Assembly (NCBI GenBank): GCA_963775425.1
Contig: CAVZJB010000005.1
Span: forward strand, 192,001 to 256,000
DNA length: 64,000 nt
Direction of reading: 5' to 3'
Source: an uncultured delta proteobacterium
GTDB lineage: Bacteria; Myxococcota; UBA727; VGSZ01
How positions within the stretch are numbered: position 1 is the first letter of the stretch; each line of letters opens with the position of its first letter. The translations under genes and the position numbers were made by a program. This document shows positions 42,461 to 53,484 of this stretch, one piece after another. The notes under the pieces were generated by a model, which saw nothing but the letters and a program-made list of their open reading frames with translations, did no database searches and was not told where the DNA came from.

Positions 42461-43258
42461 TCAGGAATGACGTTTCTTCTCGCCGCCTTCTTCATCCGCG
42501 CCCGCGGGATCCCCGGCCCCGCCCTTGCGGCTCGTGGGGGCGCCCGCGCCGTCGTCCGGCAGCCCCAAAAACGGCCGCAGCAAGCGCTGCATGTTCTTTC
42601 GGGCGTGGAACAGGCGGCTCATGACGGTTCCCCGTGGAATTCCCAGCGTATCGGCGATCTCCTCGTACGACATCCCCTCCACCTCCCGGAGCAGGAGGAT
42701 GGACTTGTGGTCCTCCGACAAACCGGCGAGCGCACGGCCGATCTCCGCCCCGAGCTCCTTGTCGGCCGCGGTCTTCAGGGGGTTTGCGCCCCCCAGCCGG
42801 CCGGTGATGTCGGCGTCGGCGTACAAGGAGTCGTCGCCGGTGAGGGCGTCGTCGAGATCGACCTTCCTGCGGCGGGCGTCCGCGCGCTTCTTGTCGATGC
42901 AGAGGTTGACGCAGATCCGGTACAGCCACGTCGAGAACGCGGCGTTGCCTTCGAACTCGCCGAGCTTCTTGTGGGCCTTGATGAAGGCGTCCTGCACGAC
43001 GTCCATGGCGTCGTCGCGGTCGCGCAGCATGCCGTACGCGACGGCGAACAGCCGCGACTGGTGCAGCTCCACGAGCCTCTTGAACGCGGCCGCGTCGCCG
43101 GCGCGGGCCTTGTCCACCAGCTCCTGGTCGCGCGCGCGATCTTTGGCCCGGGCCTCGCCCTCGGTCTTGCTCCTGGCGCGCGCCCGCTCCAGGGCGTCCC
43201 GGGCGCGCCGCACCTGGCCCTCGCCTGCCTCCGGATCGACCTTCCGCGCCACGGTCAT
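42461..43258 (-). CDS. ECF (sigma-70 family, RpoE-like) RNA polymerase sigma factor
   Basis: Region 2 DAMDVVQDAFIKA..FSTWLYRICVN; region 4 LREVEGMSYEEIA..GTVMSRLFHAR. Confidence 0.93.
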   Translation of the reverse strand: MTVARKVDPEAGEGQVRRARDALERARARSKTEGEARAKDRARDQELVDKARAGDAAAFKRLVELHQSRLFAVAYGMLRDRDDAMDVVQDAFIKAHKKLGEFEGNAAFSTWLYRICVNLCIDKKRADARRRKVDLDDALTGDDSLYADADITGRLGGANPLKTAADKELGAEIGRALAGLSEDHKSILLLREVEGMSYEEIADTLGIPRGTVMSRLFHARKNMQRLLRPFLGLPDDGAGAPTSRKGGAGDPAGADEEGGEKKRHS

Positions 43259-43357
43259 CGGTACGTCCAACCCCTGAGCACGCCCTTGTGACGATCCGCG
43301 GGTGCGAACCAACCACGCCCGCAATATGACACGATTCACACGAGAGAGCCCGCCCGA

Positions 43358-46300
43358 ATGGCCGACGCCCAACAGACCGCCCAGACGCCGCCGCCCGCGC
43401 CGCGCCCCCCGCCGCGCGGGATCGAACCGGTGGCGCCGGCGCGCTTTGACGACGTGCTGCGCAGCGCGCGCCTGCGCCTCGGCGCGCTCGCCGTCCTCGA
43501 GCTCCTCCTCGCGGGCGCCGCCGGCGTGGCCGCCGGCCTCGTCGTCGCCGCCGTCGTCGTCGGGGTCGCGCCGTACTCCACGGCGCTCCGCGTCCTCCTC
43601 GTGGCGCTGTTGCCCGCGGGCTTCCTCGCGGCGGCGGCGGCAGTGCTCGCGCGGCGCGTGTGGCCGCTCAAGCACGACCTCGTCGTCGGCGCCGCCCTCG
43701 AGGCGTCGCTGCGCCGGCGCGGCGCCGAGCTCGGCGACATGGTGCGCGGCGCCGTGGAGCTGCGCGACGCCGCGCAGGACGGAGCGCGCGGCCGCTCCCG
43801 CGCCCTGTGCGAGGCGCATGTCGCGGCCACCACCGCCCGCGTCGTCGACGGCGGCGGCCTGCGCTCCTTGCCCGGCGTCGCGCTCGAGCGCGCGGTCCCC
43901 ACGCTCGCGTGCGCCGGCGTCGTCGGCTTCGTGCTGCTCGCGTGGATCATCGCGTTTTCGGCGTCATGGCAGTCGCGCTTCGACAAGCTGTTCTCCGACG
44001 CCGGCCGCGAGCGCGCCCTCGAGGAGCGTGCCGCGTCGCTCTTGCCGCTGGTCACCGACCTCAAGCTCACGCTGCGCTTCCCCGCGTACATGCAGGAAAA
44101 CGACGAGGTCATCCCGGGCTCTTCCGGCGACGTCACCGCCCCGCGCGGCACCGAGGTCGTCGTCGAGGGCCGCGCGGACCGCGCGCTCGAGAAGGCGAGC
44201 GTGCTCGTCGGCGACGAGGAGCTGCAGGCCAAGGTGAACGGCGCCGATCTCGTGGCGCGCTTCGTCGTGAACGAGAGCACCACCTATCGCTTCCGGATCG
44301 ACGGCGCGCGCGGCGGCGCCGAGCTCGATCCGGTGGCGCACAAGATCGCCGTCACGCCGGACACCGCGCCCGTGGTGACGCTCGAGGAGCCGGGCGAGGA
44401 CCGCACCGTGAAGCTCGAGGACACCGTCCCGCTCGCCTTCTCGGCGAAGGACGACGTCGGCGTCACCAGGTTCCGCGTGGTGGTGAAGCGGCAGGGGAGC
44501 GCGCTCGAGCCGTACACCGATGACCTGATGGAGGTGCCCGGCGGGCTGCGCGAGGCGCACGGCACCGGCAAGCTCAAGATCGAGGACACCGGCGCGCGCC
44601 CCGGCGACAAGCTCTCCGTCTACATCGAGGCCGTCGACAACGACGCCATCAGCGGCCCCAAGGCCGGCCGCTCGGCCACGCGCGTGCTCACGGTGTTCTC
44701 CGCGCTCGAGCAGCACCGCGCCATGATCGCCCGCCTCGACGACGTGGAGTCGCGCATGGTGGACTCGCTCGGCGACGAGCTGGAGGCGCCCCTCGCGGAG
44801 CTCTCCGCGGACGTCGCTGAGCAGAAGCAGGCCGTGGACAAGCACCAGCAGATCGCCGTGCGCCACCAGGCGATGCAGAAGGCCCTCGACGACGCCGTGC
44901 TCGCCTTGTCGCAGGACGAGATGGCGGTGGTCTCCATGCGGCGCGCGCTCGCCAACATGAAGCTCAAGGTGGGCCGCGCCGTCGACCACAAGGCCCGCGC
45001 GCTCTCGGAGCTCGCGTTCAAGACGCGCGCGAGCGTGCCCGCGAACAAGGGCGTGCGCGCGCGCCTGGCGTTCGCGCAGAAGGGGCTCGTCGAGCGGCTC
45101 GAGCAGGACGTGCTCTATCTCGACGACCTGCTGCAGCGCGAGCGCATCGCCGAGGCGCGTCAGGTGGCCCAGGACCTCAAGCGCGCGCAGGAAGACCTGA
45201 AGGCGCTCGTCGACCAGTTCAAGAAGTCCGGCGACGACGCCACGCGCCGCGCGCTGCTCCAGCAAATCCAGGAGATGCGCGCGCAGATGGAGAAGCTCCT
45301 CGAGCGGCTGGCCGAGCTGCAGCACGAGGTGCCCGACGAGTACCTGAACAGCGAGGCCTTCCCCGACGAAAAGATGCTGAGCAACGCCTCCGACATCGAC
45401 AAGCTCATCGAGGAGGGCAAGCTCGACGACGCGGCCAAGAAGCTCGAGGAGATGCTCAAGGCCACGCAGAAGCTCGTCGACAACCTCGACAAGGACGCGG
45501 ACCAATACGGCGGCGACGAGTACAAGGAGCTGCGCGACAAGATGCAGCGCTTCAGCGACGATCTGCAGGCGCTGCAAGAGGGCCAGCAGCAGAACCTCGC
45601 GCAGAGCCAGGCGCTCATGGACCGCGCCAAGCGGCAGGCGGAGGAGCGGCTGAAGGGCAAGCTCGACAAGGCGCTCGCCGAGGTGAAGAAGAAGGTGGAG
45701 GCCGCCGAGAAGAAGCTCGACGGGATCGATCGCGACTCGCTGTTCTTGAACGAGAGCGAGGACGCGCTGTTCGCCAAGGCGCGCATCGACGACCTCAAGC
45801 GCGCGCTCGAGAGCAAGGACCTCGAGGACGCCACCGGCGCGGCCGAGGAGGCGGAGGCGGCGGCGGAGTCGGCGCAGCGCAGCGTGGCGGATCGCGCGCG
45901 CGGGCGCTTCGGCCAGAAGGACAAGGCCACCGCCGCCGCGCGCGACGACCTCGACGAGGCGCACCAGGACCTCGACGAGGCCAGGCGCGCGCTCCAGGAT
46001 CTCCTGCCCAATCCGTCGAGCCTCCTCGACAAAAACGAGCGGCGGAAGCTCCAGAAGGGCGCCGACCTCGAGCAGCAATTGCGCGAAAACGCGGAGAAGC
46101 TCGGCAAGCTCATGGACGAGATCGGCAAGCAGGCGCCGGTGTTCGGCCCCGGCCACAAAAAGCACGTCGACTCCGCCCGGCGCTCCATGGAGCGCGCGGC
46201 GCGGCAGATGCGTGGGCAGGACTTGCGCAGCGCGCGGTCGTCGGAGCGGGCGGCGCTCCGCGAGCTCGGACAGTTGCAGAAGGACCTCGACCAGATGGGG

Positions 46301-46537
46301 CAGGGCCAGGGCGGCTCGGGCATCCCCATGCCGCTGCCGAACGGCGGCGCGCCCGGCGCCGACGACGGCGAGGGCAACGGTCGGCGCGCCTCCACCGAGG
46401 AGGTCAAGATCCCCGACGGCAGCGAGTTCAAGGTCCCCGACGCCTACCGGAAGGACATCCTCGACGCCATGCGCGAGGGCGCGCCCAAGTCGTGGGCGCA
46501 GGAAGTGAAGCGCTACTACGAGAGGCTGATCAAGTGA
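43358..46537 (+). CDS. DUF4175-like membrane-anchored coiled-coil protein
   Basis: N-terminal TMs, an Ig-like region (PAYM, D.APVV, AKDDVGV, EAVDNDAISGPK), long coiled coil and C-terminal VKRYYERL. Confidence 0.75.
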   Translation: MADAQQTAQTPPPAPRPPPRGIEPVAPARFDDVLRSARLRLGALAVLELLLAGAAGVAAGLVVAAVVVGVAPYSTALRVLLVALLPAGFLAAAAAVLARRVWPLKHDLVVGAALEASLRRRGAELGDMVRGAVELRDAAQDGARGRSRALCEAHVAATTARVVDGGGLRSLPGVALERAVPTLACAGVVGFVLLAWIIAFSASWQSRFDKLFSDAGRERALEERAASLLPLVTDLKLTLRFPAYMQENDEVIPGSSGDVTAPRGTEVVVEGRADRALEKASVLVGDEELQAKVNGADLVARFVVNESTTYRFRIDGARGGAELDPVAHKIAVTPDTAPVVTLEEPGEDRTVKLEDTVPLAFSAKDDVGVTRFRVVVKRQGSALEPYTDDLMEVPGGLREAHGTGKLKIEDTGARPGDKLSVYIEAVDNDAISGPKAGRSATRVLTVFSALEQHRAMIARLDDVESRMVDSLGDELEAPLAELSADVAEQKQAVDKHQQIAVRHQAMQKALDDAVLALSQDEMAVVSMRRALANMKLKVGRAVDHKARALSELAFKTRASVPANKGVRARLAFAQKGLVERLEQDVLYLDDLLQRERIAEARQVAQDLKRAQEDLKALVDQFKKSGDDATRRALLQQIQEMRAQMEKLLERLAELQHEVPDEYLNSEAFPDEKMLSNASDIDKLIEEGKLDDAAKKLEEMLKATQKLVDNLDKDADQYGGDEYKELRDKMQRFSDDLQALQEGQQQNLAQSQALMDRAKRQAEERLKGKLDKALAEVKKKVEAAEKKLDGIDRDSLFLNESEDALFAKARIDDLKRALESKDLEDATGAAEEAEAAAESAQRSVADRARGRFGQKDKATAAARDDLDEAHQDLDEARRALQDLLPNPSSLLDKNERRKLQKGADLEQQLRENAEKLGKLMDEIGKQAPVFGPGHKKHVDSARRSMERAARQMRGQDLRSARSSERAALRELGQLQKDLDQMGQGQGGSGIPMPLPNGGAPGADDGEGNGRRASTEEVKIPDGSEFKVPDAYRKDILDAMREGAPKSWAQEVKRYYERLIK

Positions 46538-48591
46538 CGGCGCGGTCCTCGCCGACGACGTGGCGCGTGCCCCTCCGGCGCGCGGCGGGTCTCGCGCCGG
46601 CGTGCGTCGCGCTCGCGCTCCTGGTGGACGCCGCGCCTGCGTCGGCGGGGAGCGACGACGTCGCCGCGCAGATCCGCGAGGCCAACCAGGCGCTCGACGA
46701 CTGGCAGCTCGACAAGGCCGCCGCCATCGCGGAGAAGCTCGACCACGATCTGCCCGACGTGCCGCCGGTGCAGGCGGTGCTCGGCAGCGTGCGCTTCCAC
46801 CAGGGGGACTACGAGGGCGCCGTGCGCCTGCTGCGCCGCGCCGCCGAGAGCGGGCAGGAGCCGCAGCTCCTCGCGCTGGCGGAGAGCACGCTCGAGGAGA
46901 CCAAGGGCGGCGTGACCTCGCAGAGCGCACACTTCATCATCCGCACGCCCGCGGGCAAGGACGAGGTGCTCCAACCCATCGCGCTGTGGGCGCTCGAGAA
47001 GGCGTGGGCGGCGACGACGGCGGCGTTCGACTACCAGCCGCGCCACAAGATCATGGTGGACGTGCTCCAGGACGCCACCGGCCTCGCCCACGTCTCCACC
47101 CTCACGGAGAAGGAGATCGAGACGTCGGGGACCATCGCGCTGTGCAAGTTCAACCGGCTGATGATCACGTCGCCCAAGGCCCTCGCGCGCGGCTACGCGT
47201 GGCTCGACACGCTGTCGCACGAATTCACGCACCTCGTGATCAGCGAGAAGAGCCACAACACCGTGCCCATCTGGCTGCACGAGGGCCTCGCCAAGTACAA
47301 CGAGACCCGTTGGCGCGGCGCGCCCGGCCTCGCCCTCGAGGCCGCCGGGGAGAACCTCCTCGCGGGCGCGTTCAAGAAGAACAAGCTCATCACGTTCGAG
47401 CAGATGCACCCCTCGATGGCCAAGCTGCCGTCGCAGGAGGACGCCGCGCTCGCGTTCGCGGAGGTGTTCACCGTCATCGAGCAGCTCGACAAGGAGCACC
47501 CCGGCGCGCAAAACGTCATCCTCGACGCGCTCCGCGACGGCGCCACCATGGACGAGGCGCTGGAAAAGGGCGTCGGCACCGACCTCGCGGGGCTCCAGCG
47601 CGCGTGGAAGCAGTACCTCAAGCGGCGCCCGTTCAAGATCGTGCCGGGGGCAGAGCCCCGCAAGCTCACCTTCGTGAAGAACGCCCGCCGCGGCGGCGCT
47701 CCCGCCGAGGAGCAGGAGGACGCCGCCGCCCTCGACGAGGCGCACTCCCGCGTGGTGCGGCAGATGGTTCGCCTCGGGAACCTGTTGCGCGGGAAGCGGC
47801 GGCTGAAGGCGGCCTCGGTGGAGTACGAAAAGGCCGTCGCGCAGGCGGGCGTGCGCAGCCCGGTGCTGCACAACCGGCTCGCCGGCGTCTACATCGAGCT
47901 CGGCGACCTCGAAGCCGCGCGCCGCGTGCTCGGCGACGTCGCCGGCGTCTTCCCCGACGACCCGCAGACGCAGGTGCTGCTCGGCCGGCTCGCGCTGCGC
48001 GGCAAGGACTGGGCGAAGGCCAAGGAGCACTACGAGCGCGCCACGTGGGAGGAGCCGTTCAACCCGGAGATCCACGTCGCGCTGTTCGAGGTCGGCAAGG
48101 AGACGCACGACGATGGCCTCGTGGCGCGCGAGACGCGCGCGGTGCAATTGCTCGCGGGCGCCGCGCGCACGTCGTCGACGGTGCCGGCGCACGCGGCGGA
48201 GGGGCAGCGCTTCGGCGTGCTCGAGCTGCGCGCGGAGCCCTGGGGACGCGTGCTGCTCGACGGCGTGGACACGGGCATCACCACGCCGCTCCTCGACTAC
48301 CGCGTGAAGCCCGGCCGCCACCGCATCCGCGTGGTCGATCCCGTCGGGGGCCGCGAGGCGGGCCGCGAGGTGGAGATCGTCGAGGGGAAGACCGAGCGCG
48401 TCTCTTTGACCCTCGAGGTGCTGACGCCGGAGCAGCGCAAGGAGCTCGCCGACGCCGAGAAGGCGTTCCTCACGCCCGCGCTCCCCGCGCCCTCGCGCCC
48501 GCAGCCGCCGCCGGCGTCGCCGGCGCACGAGCCGGCGCCGTGGGACGATGACGACGACGACGCCAGCGGCTTTGGCCTCGCCCCGCCCTAG
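46534..48591 (+). CDS. Peptidase MA-like zinc metalloprotease with TPR repeats and a C-terminal PEGA domain
   Basis: Signal peptide; HEFTH and PIWLHEGLA; TPR helices; PWGRVLLDGVDTGITTPL; GTGA overlap with the upstream gene. Confidence 0.85.
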   Translation: MTARSSPTTWRVPLRRAAGLAPACVALALLVDAAPASAGSDDVAAQIREANQALDDWQLDKAAAIAEKLDHDLPDVPPVQAVLGSVRFHQGDYEGAVRLLRRAAESGQEPQLLALAESTLEETKGGVTSQSAHFIIRTPAGKDEVLQPIALWALEKAWAATTAAFDYQPRHKIMVDVLQDATGLAHVSTLTEKEIETSGTIALCKFNRLMITSPKALARGYAWLDTLSHEFTHLVISEKSHNTVPIWLHEGLAKYNETRWRGAPGLALEAAGENLLAGAFKKNKLITFEQMHPSMAKLPSQEDAALAFAEVFTVIEQLDKEHPGAQNVILDALRDGATMDEALEKGVGTDLAGLQRAWKQYLKRRPFKIVPGAEPRKLTFVKNARRGGAPAEEQEDAAALDEAHSRVVRQMVRLGNLLRGKRRLKAASVEYEKAVAQAGVRSPVLHNRLAGVYIELGDLEAARRVLGDVAGVFPDDPQTQVLLGRLALRGKDWAKAKEHYERATWEEPFNPEIHVALFEVGKETHDDGLVARETRAVQLLAGAARTSSTVPAHAAEGQRFGVLELRAEPWGRVLLDGVDTGITTPLLDYRVKPGRHRIRVVDPVGGREAGREVEIVEGKTERVSLTLEVLTPEQRKELADAEKAFLTPALPAPSRPQPPPASPAHEPAPWDDDDDDASGFGLAPP

Positions 48592-48829
48592 AGAAGTGAT
48601 CCGCACAGCGGAACAGGGGGCAGTGCCGGCACGCGCGGTGGTCCCGCCGCCGGTGCGCTGACACCGAGACGTCGAAGCGGAAGATGGAGCGGTGTCGCTG
48701 TGGCGACTTCGCAGCGGTGTGGAGGGCTCTCGTGCGGAACAGCGGACGTCGACAGGCGACCCGGCCGACCACGCCGCCGCGGGCCCGAACCCGCTTTGCG
48801 CGCCCGCGCCGCTCGGGCACACTGCCTCG

Positions 48830-50875
<2,046 letters not shown>

Positions 50876-50920
50876 CGACGCGCGCCGCCGCTGACCGGGC
50901 CGGTCGAACACGCGATCTCC

Positions 50921-50984
50921 CGTAGGGCGGCGGCTTGTCCGCCGCATCGAAGCATCGAAGCGCGGGACAAGCCCGCGCCCTACG
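50921..50984. repeat. GTAG-family REP inverted pair (REPIN-like)
   Basis: CGTAGGGCG..GGCTTGTCC ... GGACAAGCC..CGCCCTACG, with an internal GCATCGAA duplication. Confidence 0.7.
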
Positions 50985-51008
50985 CGCCGCCGGACGCTTC
51001 GGTGGCAG

Positions 51009-51038
51009 AAAAAGAAAGCCCCGCGTTTCCGCGGGGCT
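51009..51038 (-). terminator. Rho-independent terminator of tRNA-Glu
   Basis: Minus strand reads AGCCCCGCG-GAAA-CGCGGGGCT-TTCTTTTT. Confidence 0.88.
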
Positions 51039-51048
51039 GTCCCAGCCT

Positions 51049-51124
51049 TGGTGACCCCAGGGGGAATCGAACCCCCGTCTGCAACGTGAGAGGCTGCCGT
51101 CCTGGACCGCTAGACGATGGGGCC
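51049..51124 (-). tRNA. tRNA-Glu (anticodon CTC)
   Basis: GGCCCCATCGTCTAGCGGTCCAGGACGGCAGCCTCTCACGTTGCAGACGGGGGTTCGATTCCCCCTGGGGTCACCA: 76-nt cloverleaf with T-loop GTTCGATTC and encoded CCA. Confidence 0.97.
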
Positions 51125-51143
51125 ACGCCTCACGTGGGGCATA

Positions 51144-51172
51144 CCGGTAGTCGGCGTCACGGGGCCTGTCAA
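51144..51172 (-). promoter_or_regulatory. Putative sigma70 promoter of tRNA-Glu
   Basis: Perfect TTGACA (51172-51167), 17-nt spacer, then TACCGG. Confidence 0.55.
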
Positions 51173-51249
51173 CGGTCGTTGCCGCCGAAGCGTCCGCCAC
51201 GTCGCGGGGCGGGCGTTGCCGGCGCCGGTTGGTCCCGGTAGCCGAGGGG

Positions 51250-51939
51250 ATGGGCCACAGCGTCGCCGTCGTCGCCATCCAGCTCGCCGCTCTCCTCGGC
51301 TTCGCGGCCTTCGACCTGCGCGAGCGCGCCGGGCTCGACCGCCGCCCGGTCCGCTATCCCCTGTGGGCGGCGCTGACGCTCGGCGCCTTCGCCGCCACCG
51401 TCGTCGTCGGCCGCCTCGCGTTCTATGCGGTCAACTGGCGGTTGTATGCGCACGACCCCGCGGCGCTGCTCGCCGTGGGGCGCGGGGGCAGCGTCGTCAT
51501 CGCCGGCGAGCTGGGCGCCGTCTTGTTCTTCTTCGCCTTCACGCGCGCCACGCGCATGCCGCGCTGGGCCACGCTCGACACGCTCGCGCGGTGCCTGACG
51601 CTCGCCTGGGCGGCGCAGCTCGGCGTGGAGTGCGTCGCGGGTCGGCTGCCGGCCGCCGCGGCCGTCGACGCGCTCTTCTACGCGGGCCTCTTCGGCCTCC
51701 TCGTCGCGTTCAAGCCCCACGTGCGCATCGAGGGCTTCGCGTTCCTCGGCTTTGGGGTCGCCGGCTGCACCAAGCGGTTCGTGACGGACGCGGTGCTCCC
51801 GCCGGCGTCGGGCGGGCACATCGGGCCGTTCTCCACGCAGCAGGTCGTCGCCCTCACGCTCATCGGCGTCGCCGCGCTGCTCGCCCTGGCTCGGGCGCGG
51901 TGCGCCCGGGGACCAGCCTGCGGCCTCCGGGCTCGCTAG
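51250..51939 (+). CDS. Lgt-like (prolipoprotein diacylglyceryl transferase fold) membrane protein with degenerate catalytic motifs
   Basis: VVGRLAFY..NW..Y..DP..LL.V.RGG, G..F, KRF..D and ST.Q follow the Lgt layout, but the HGG and GRLGNF motifs are altered. Confidence 0.65.
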   Translation: MGHSVAVVAIQLAALLGFAAFDLRERAGLDRRPVRYPLWAALTLGAFAATVVVGRLAFYAVNWRLYAHDPAALLAVGRGGSVVIAGELGAVLFFFAFTRATRMPRWATLDTLARCLTLAWAAQLGVECVAGRLPAAAAVDALFYAGLFGLLVAFKPHVRIEGFAFLGFGVAGCTKRFVTDAVLPPASGGHIGPFSTQQVVALTLIGVAALLALARARCARGPACGLRAR

Positions 51940-51949
51940 GACATTCGGC

Positions 51950-52528
51950 ATGACCCTCCTCAAGATCGCCACCCTCGGGGAACCCGTGCTGCGGGAGCGG
52001 GCGCGGGAGCTCGGGCTCGAGGAGCTCAAGAGCGATCGCTGGCAGACGTTCATCGACGACCTCGTCGAGACCATGCGCGACGCCGACGGCGCCGGCCTCG
52101 CGGCGCCGCAGGTCTTCCAACCGGTGCGCATCGCGTGCATCGAGGTGCGCGGGAACAACCCGCGCTACCCGTACAAGCCGAAGATCCCGCTCACCGTCGT
52201 CGTGAACCCTGTCATCACGCCCATCGGCGGCGAGGCGTTCGACAACTACGAGGGCTGTCTGTCCGTGCCCGATCTCCGCGGCATGGTGAAGCGGCACGCG
52301 CACGTGCGCGTGCAATACCTCGACCGCGAGGGCGAGCCCCACGACGTCACCGTCGCCGGCGTCACCGCCGGGACGTGGCAGCACGAGTGCGATCACCTCG
52401 ACGGCACCATCTTCCTCGACCGCGTCACCGACCCCTCGACGTTGTCCACGTGGAAGAACTGGGAGCGCCACCACAAGGCGCGCTTCGTCGAGGAGATCAC
52501 CAAGGTCGTCGAGCGGTATGGCTCGTGA
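51950..52528 (+). CDS. def: Peptide deformylase
   Basis: GAGLAAPQ, EGCLS and QHECDHLDG motifs. Confidence 0.96.
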   Translation: MTLLKIATLGEPVLRERARELGLEELKSDRWQTFIDDLVETMRDADGAGLAAPQVFQPVRIACIEVRGNNPRYPYKPKIPLTVVVNPVITPIGGEAFDNYEGCLSVPDLRGMVKRHAHVRVQYLDREGEPHDVTVAGVTAGTWQHECDHLDGTIFLDRVTDPSTLSTWKNWERHHKARFVEEITKVVERYGS

Positions 52529-52641
52529 CGCTGGCCCCGACCTGACAGCGCGCCCGGGACCTGGCAGCCGCCGATTCTGACATCGGTGGGGGTGTGACGG
52601 GGCTCATCCGCGCGGGGCGTCGCGCGCACTAACCCCGCGGG

Positions 52642-53484
52642 ATGGTCGCTTCCGTTCGCCTCGAGCTCGACCGGGTCCTCGAAAAGCGCGCCCGCGCCCG
52701 CCGTTGGCGAAACGACGGCGGCCGCGTCGCCTACGGCGTCACCGCCCACGACGGCGTCGAGATCGCGTGGCTCGATGCCGGCGGCATGCGCTACCGCGTC
52801 GGCGGCCTCGACGTCGAGCTCGGCGCCGGCGCCGTGATGGTGGTGCCGAGCGGCCTCGAGCACCAAAGCGAGTTCCTCCCCGCCATGCGCGGCGGCTCGC
52901 TCCACGTCGACGACGCCGTCGTCGCCGAGGCCGCCGACGCCGCCGGTGCCCGCCCCCCGCGCGCGGCGTGTCTCGTCGACGACGGCGCCGACGTGCGCGC
53001 GCTCGGCGCCATGCTCGTCGCCGAGATGGCCAAGGACAGCGCCGACGCGCGCTTGTGCGCGGGCGCGCTCGTCGACGCCCTCGCCGTCAAGGTCGTCCGC
53101 GGCCTCCCGCCCGTGCCCGCGTCCGTTCGCGACCCGCGCGTGCGCGCGGCCGTCGACGTCATCCGCGCCCGCTTCGCCGAGCCCATCGACGTCGACGACA
53201 TCGCCGCGGCCTGCGGCACCAGCCGCTTCCACCTGAGCCGCCTGTTCAAGGCCGCCACCGGCGCGAGCCCCTACCGCTTCCTCATCGACGTGCGCCTCGA
53301 GGAGAGCGCGCGGCTCCTGCGGCGCGGACGCAGCGTCACCGACGCCGCGCTGTCGTCGGGGTTCTCGGACCTGTCGCGCTTCGCCCGCATGTTTTCGCGC
53401 CGCTACGGCTGCTTGCCCAAGGCGTACGCGAGCACGGTGTCGACGTCGGCGTCGTCGACGGCGCCGCTGTTGTCGACGTCATAG
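52642..53484 (+). CDS. AraC-family transcription regulator (cupin plus HTH)
   Basis: Cupin H.H-like region; IAAACGTSRFHLSRLFK..TG.SP and SVTDAALSSGFSDLSRFARMF. Confidence 0.9.
   Translation: MVASVRLELDRVLEKRARARRWRNDGGRVAYGVTAHDGVEIAWLDAGGMRYRVGGLDVELGAGAVMVVPSGLEHQSEFLPAMRGGSLHVDDAVVAEAADAAGARPPRAACLVDDGADVRALGAMLVAEMAKDSADARLCAGALVDALAVKVVRGLPPVPASVRDPRVRAAVDVIRARFAEPIDVDDIAAACGTSRFHLSRLFKAATGASPYRFLIDVRLEESARLLRRGRSVTDAALSSGFSDLSRFARMFSRRYGCLPKAYASTVSTSASSTAPLLSTS

Noticed and set aside
51049-51124. tRNA-Glu as the attachment site of a prophage or genomic island
   Set aside because: No integrase is present, and I found no duplicated tRNA 3' end by eye.
53403-53484. 82-nt convergent overlap of AraC and the peptidase as a regulatory device
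   Set aside because: The AraC tail beyond the HTH is low-information read-through, which is common in GC-rich genomes.
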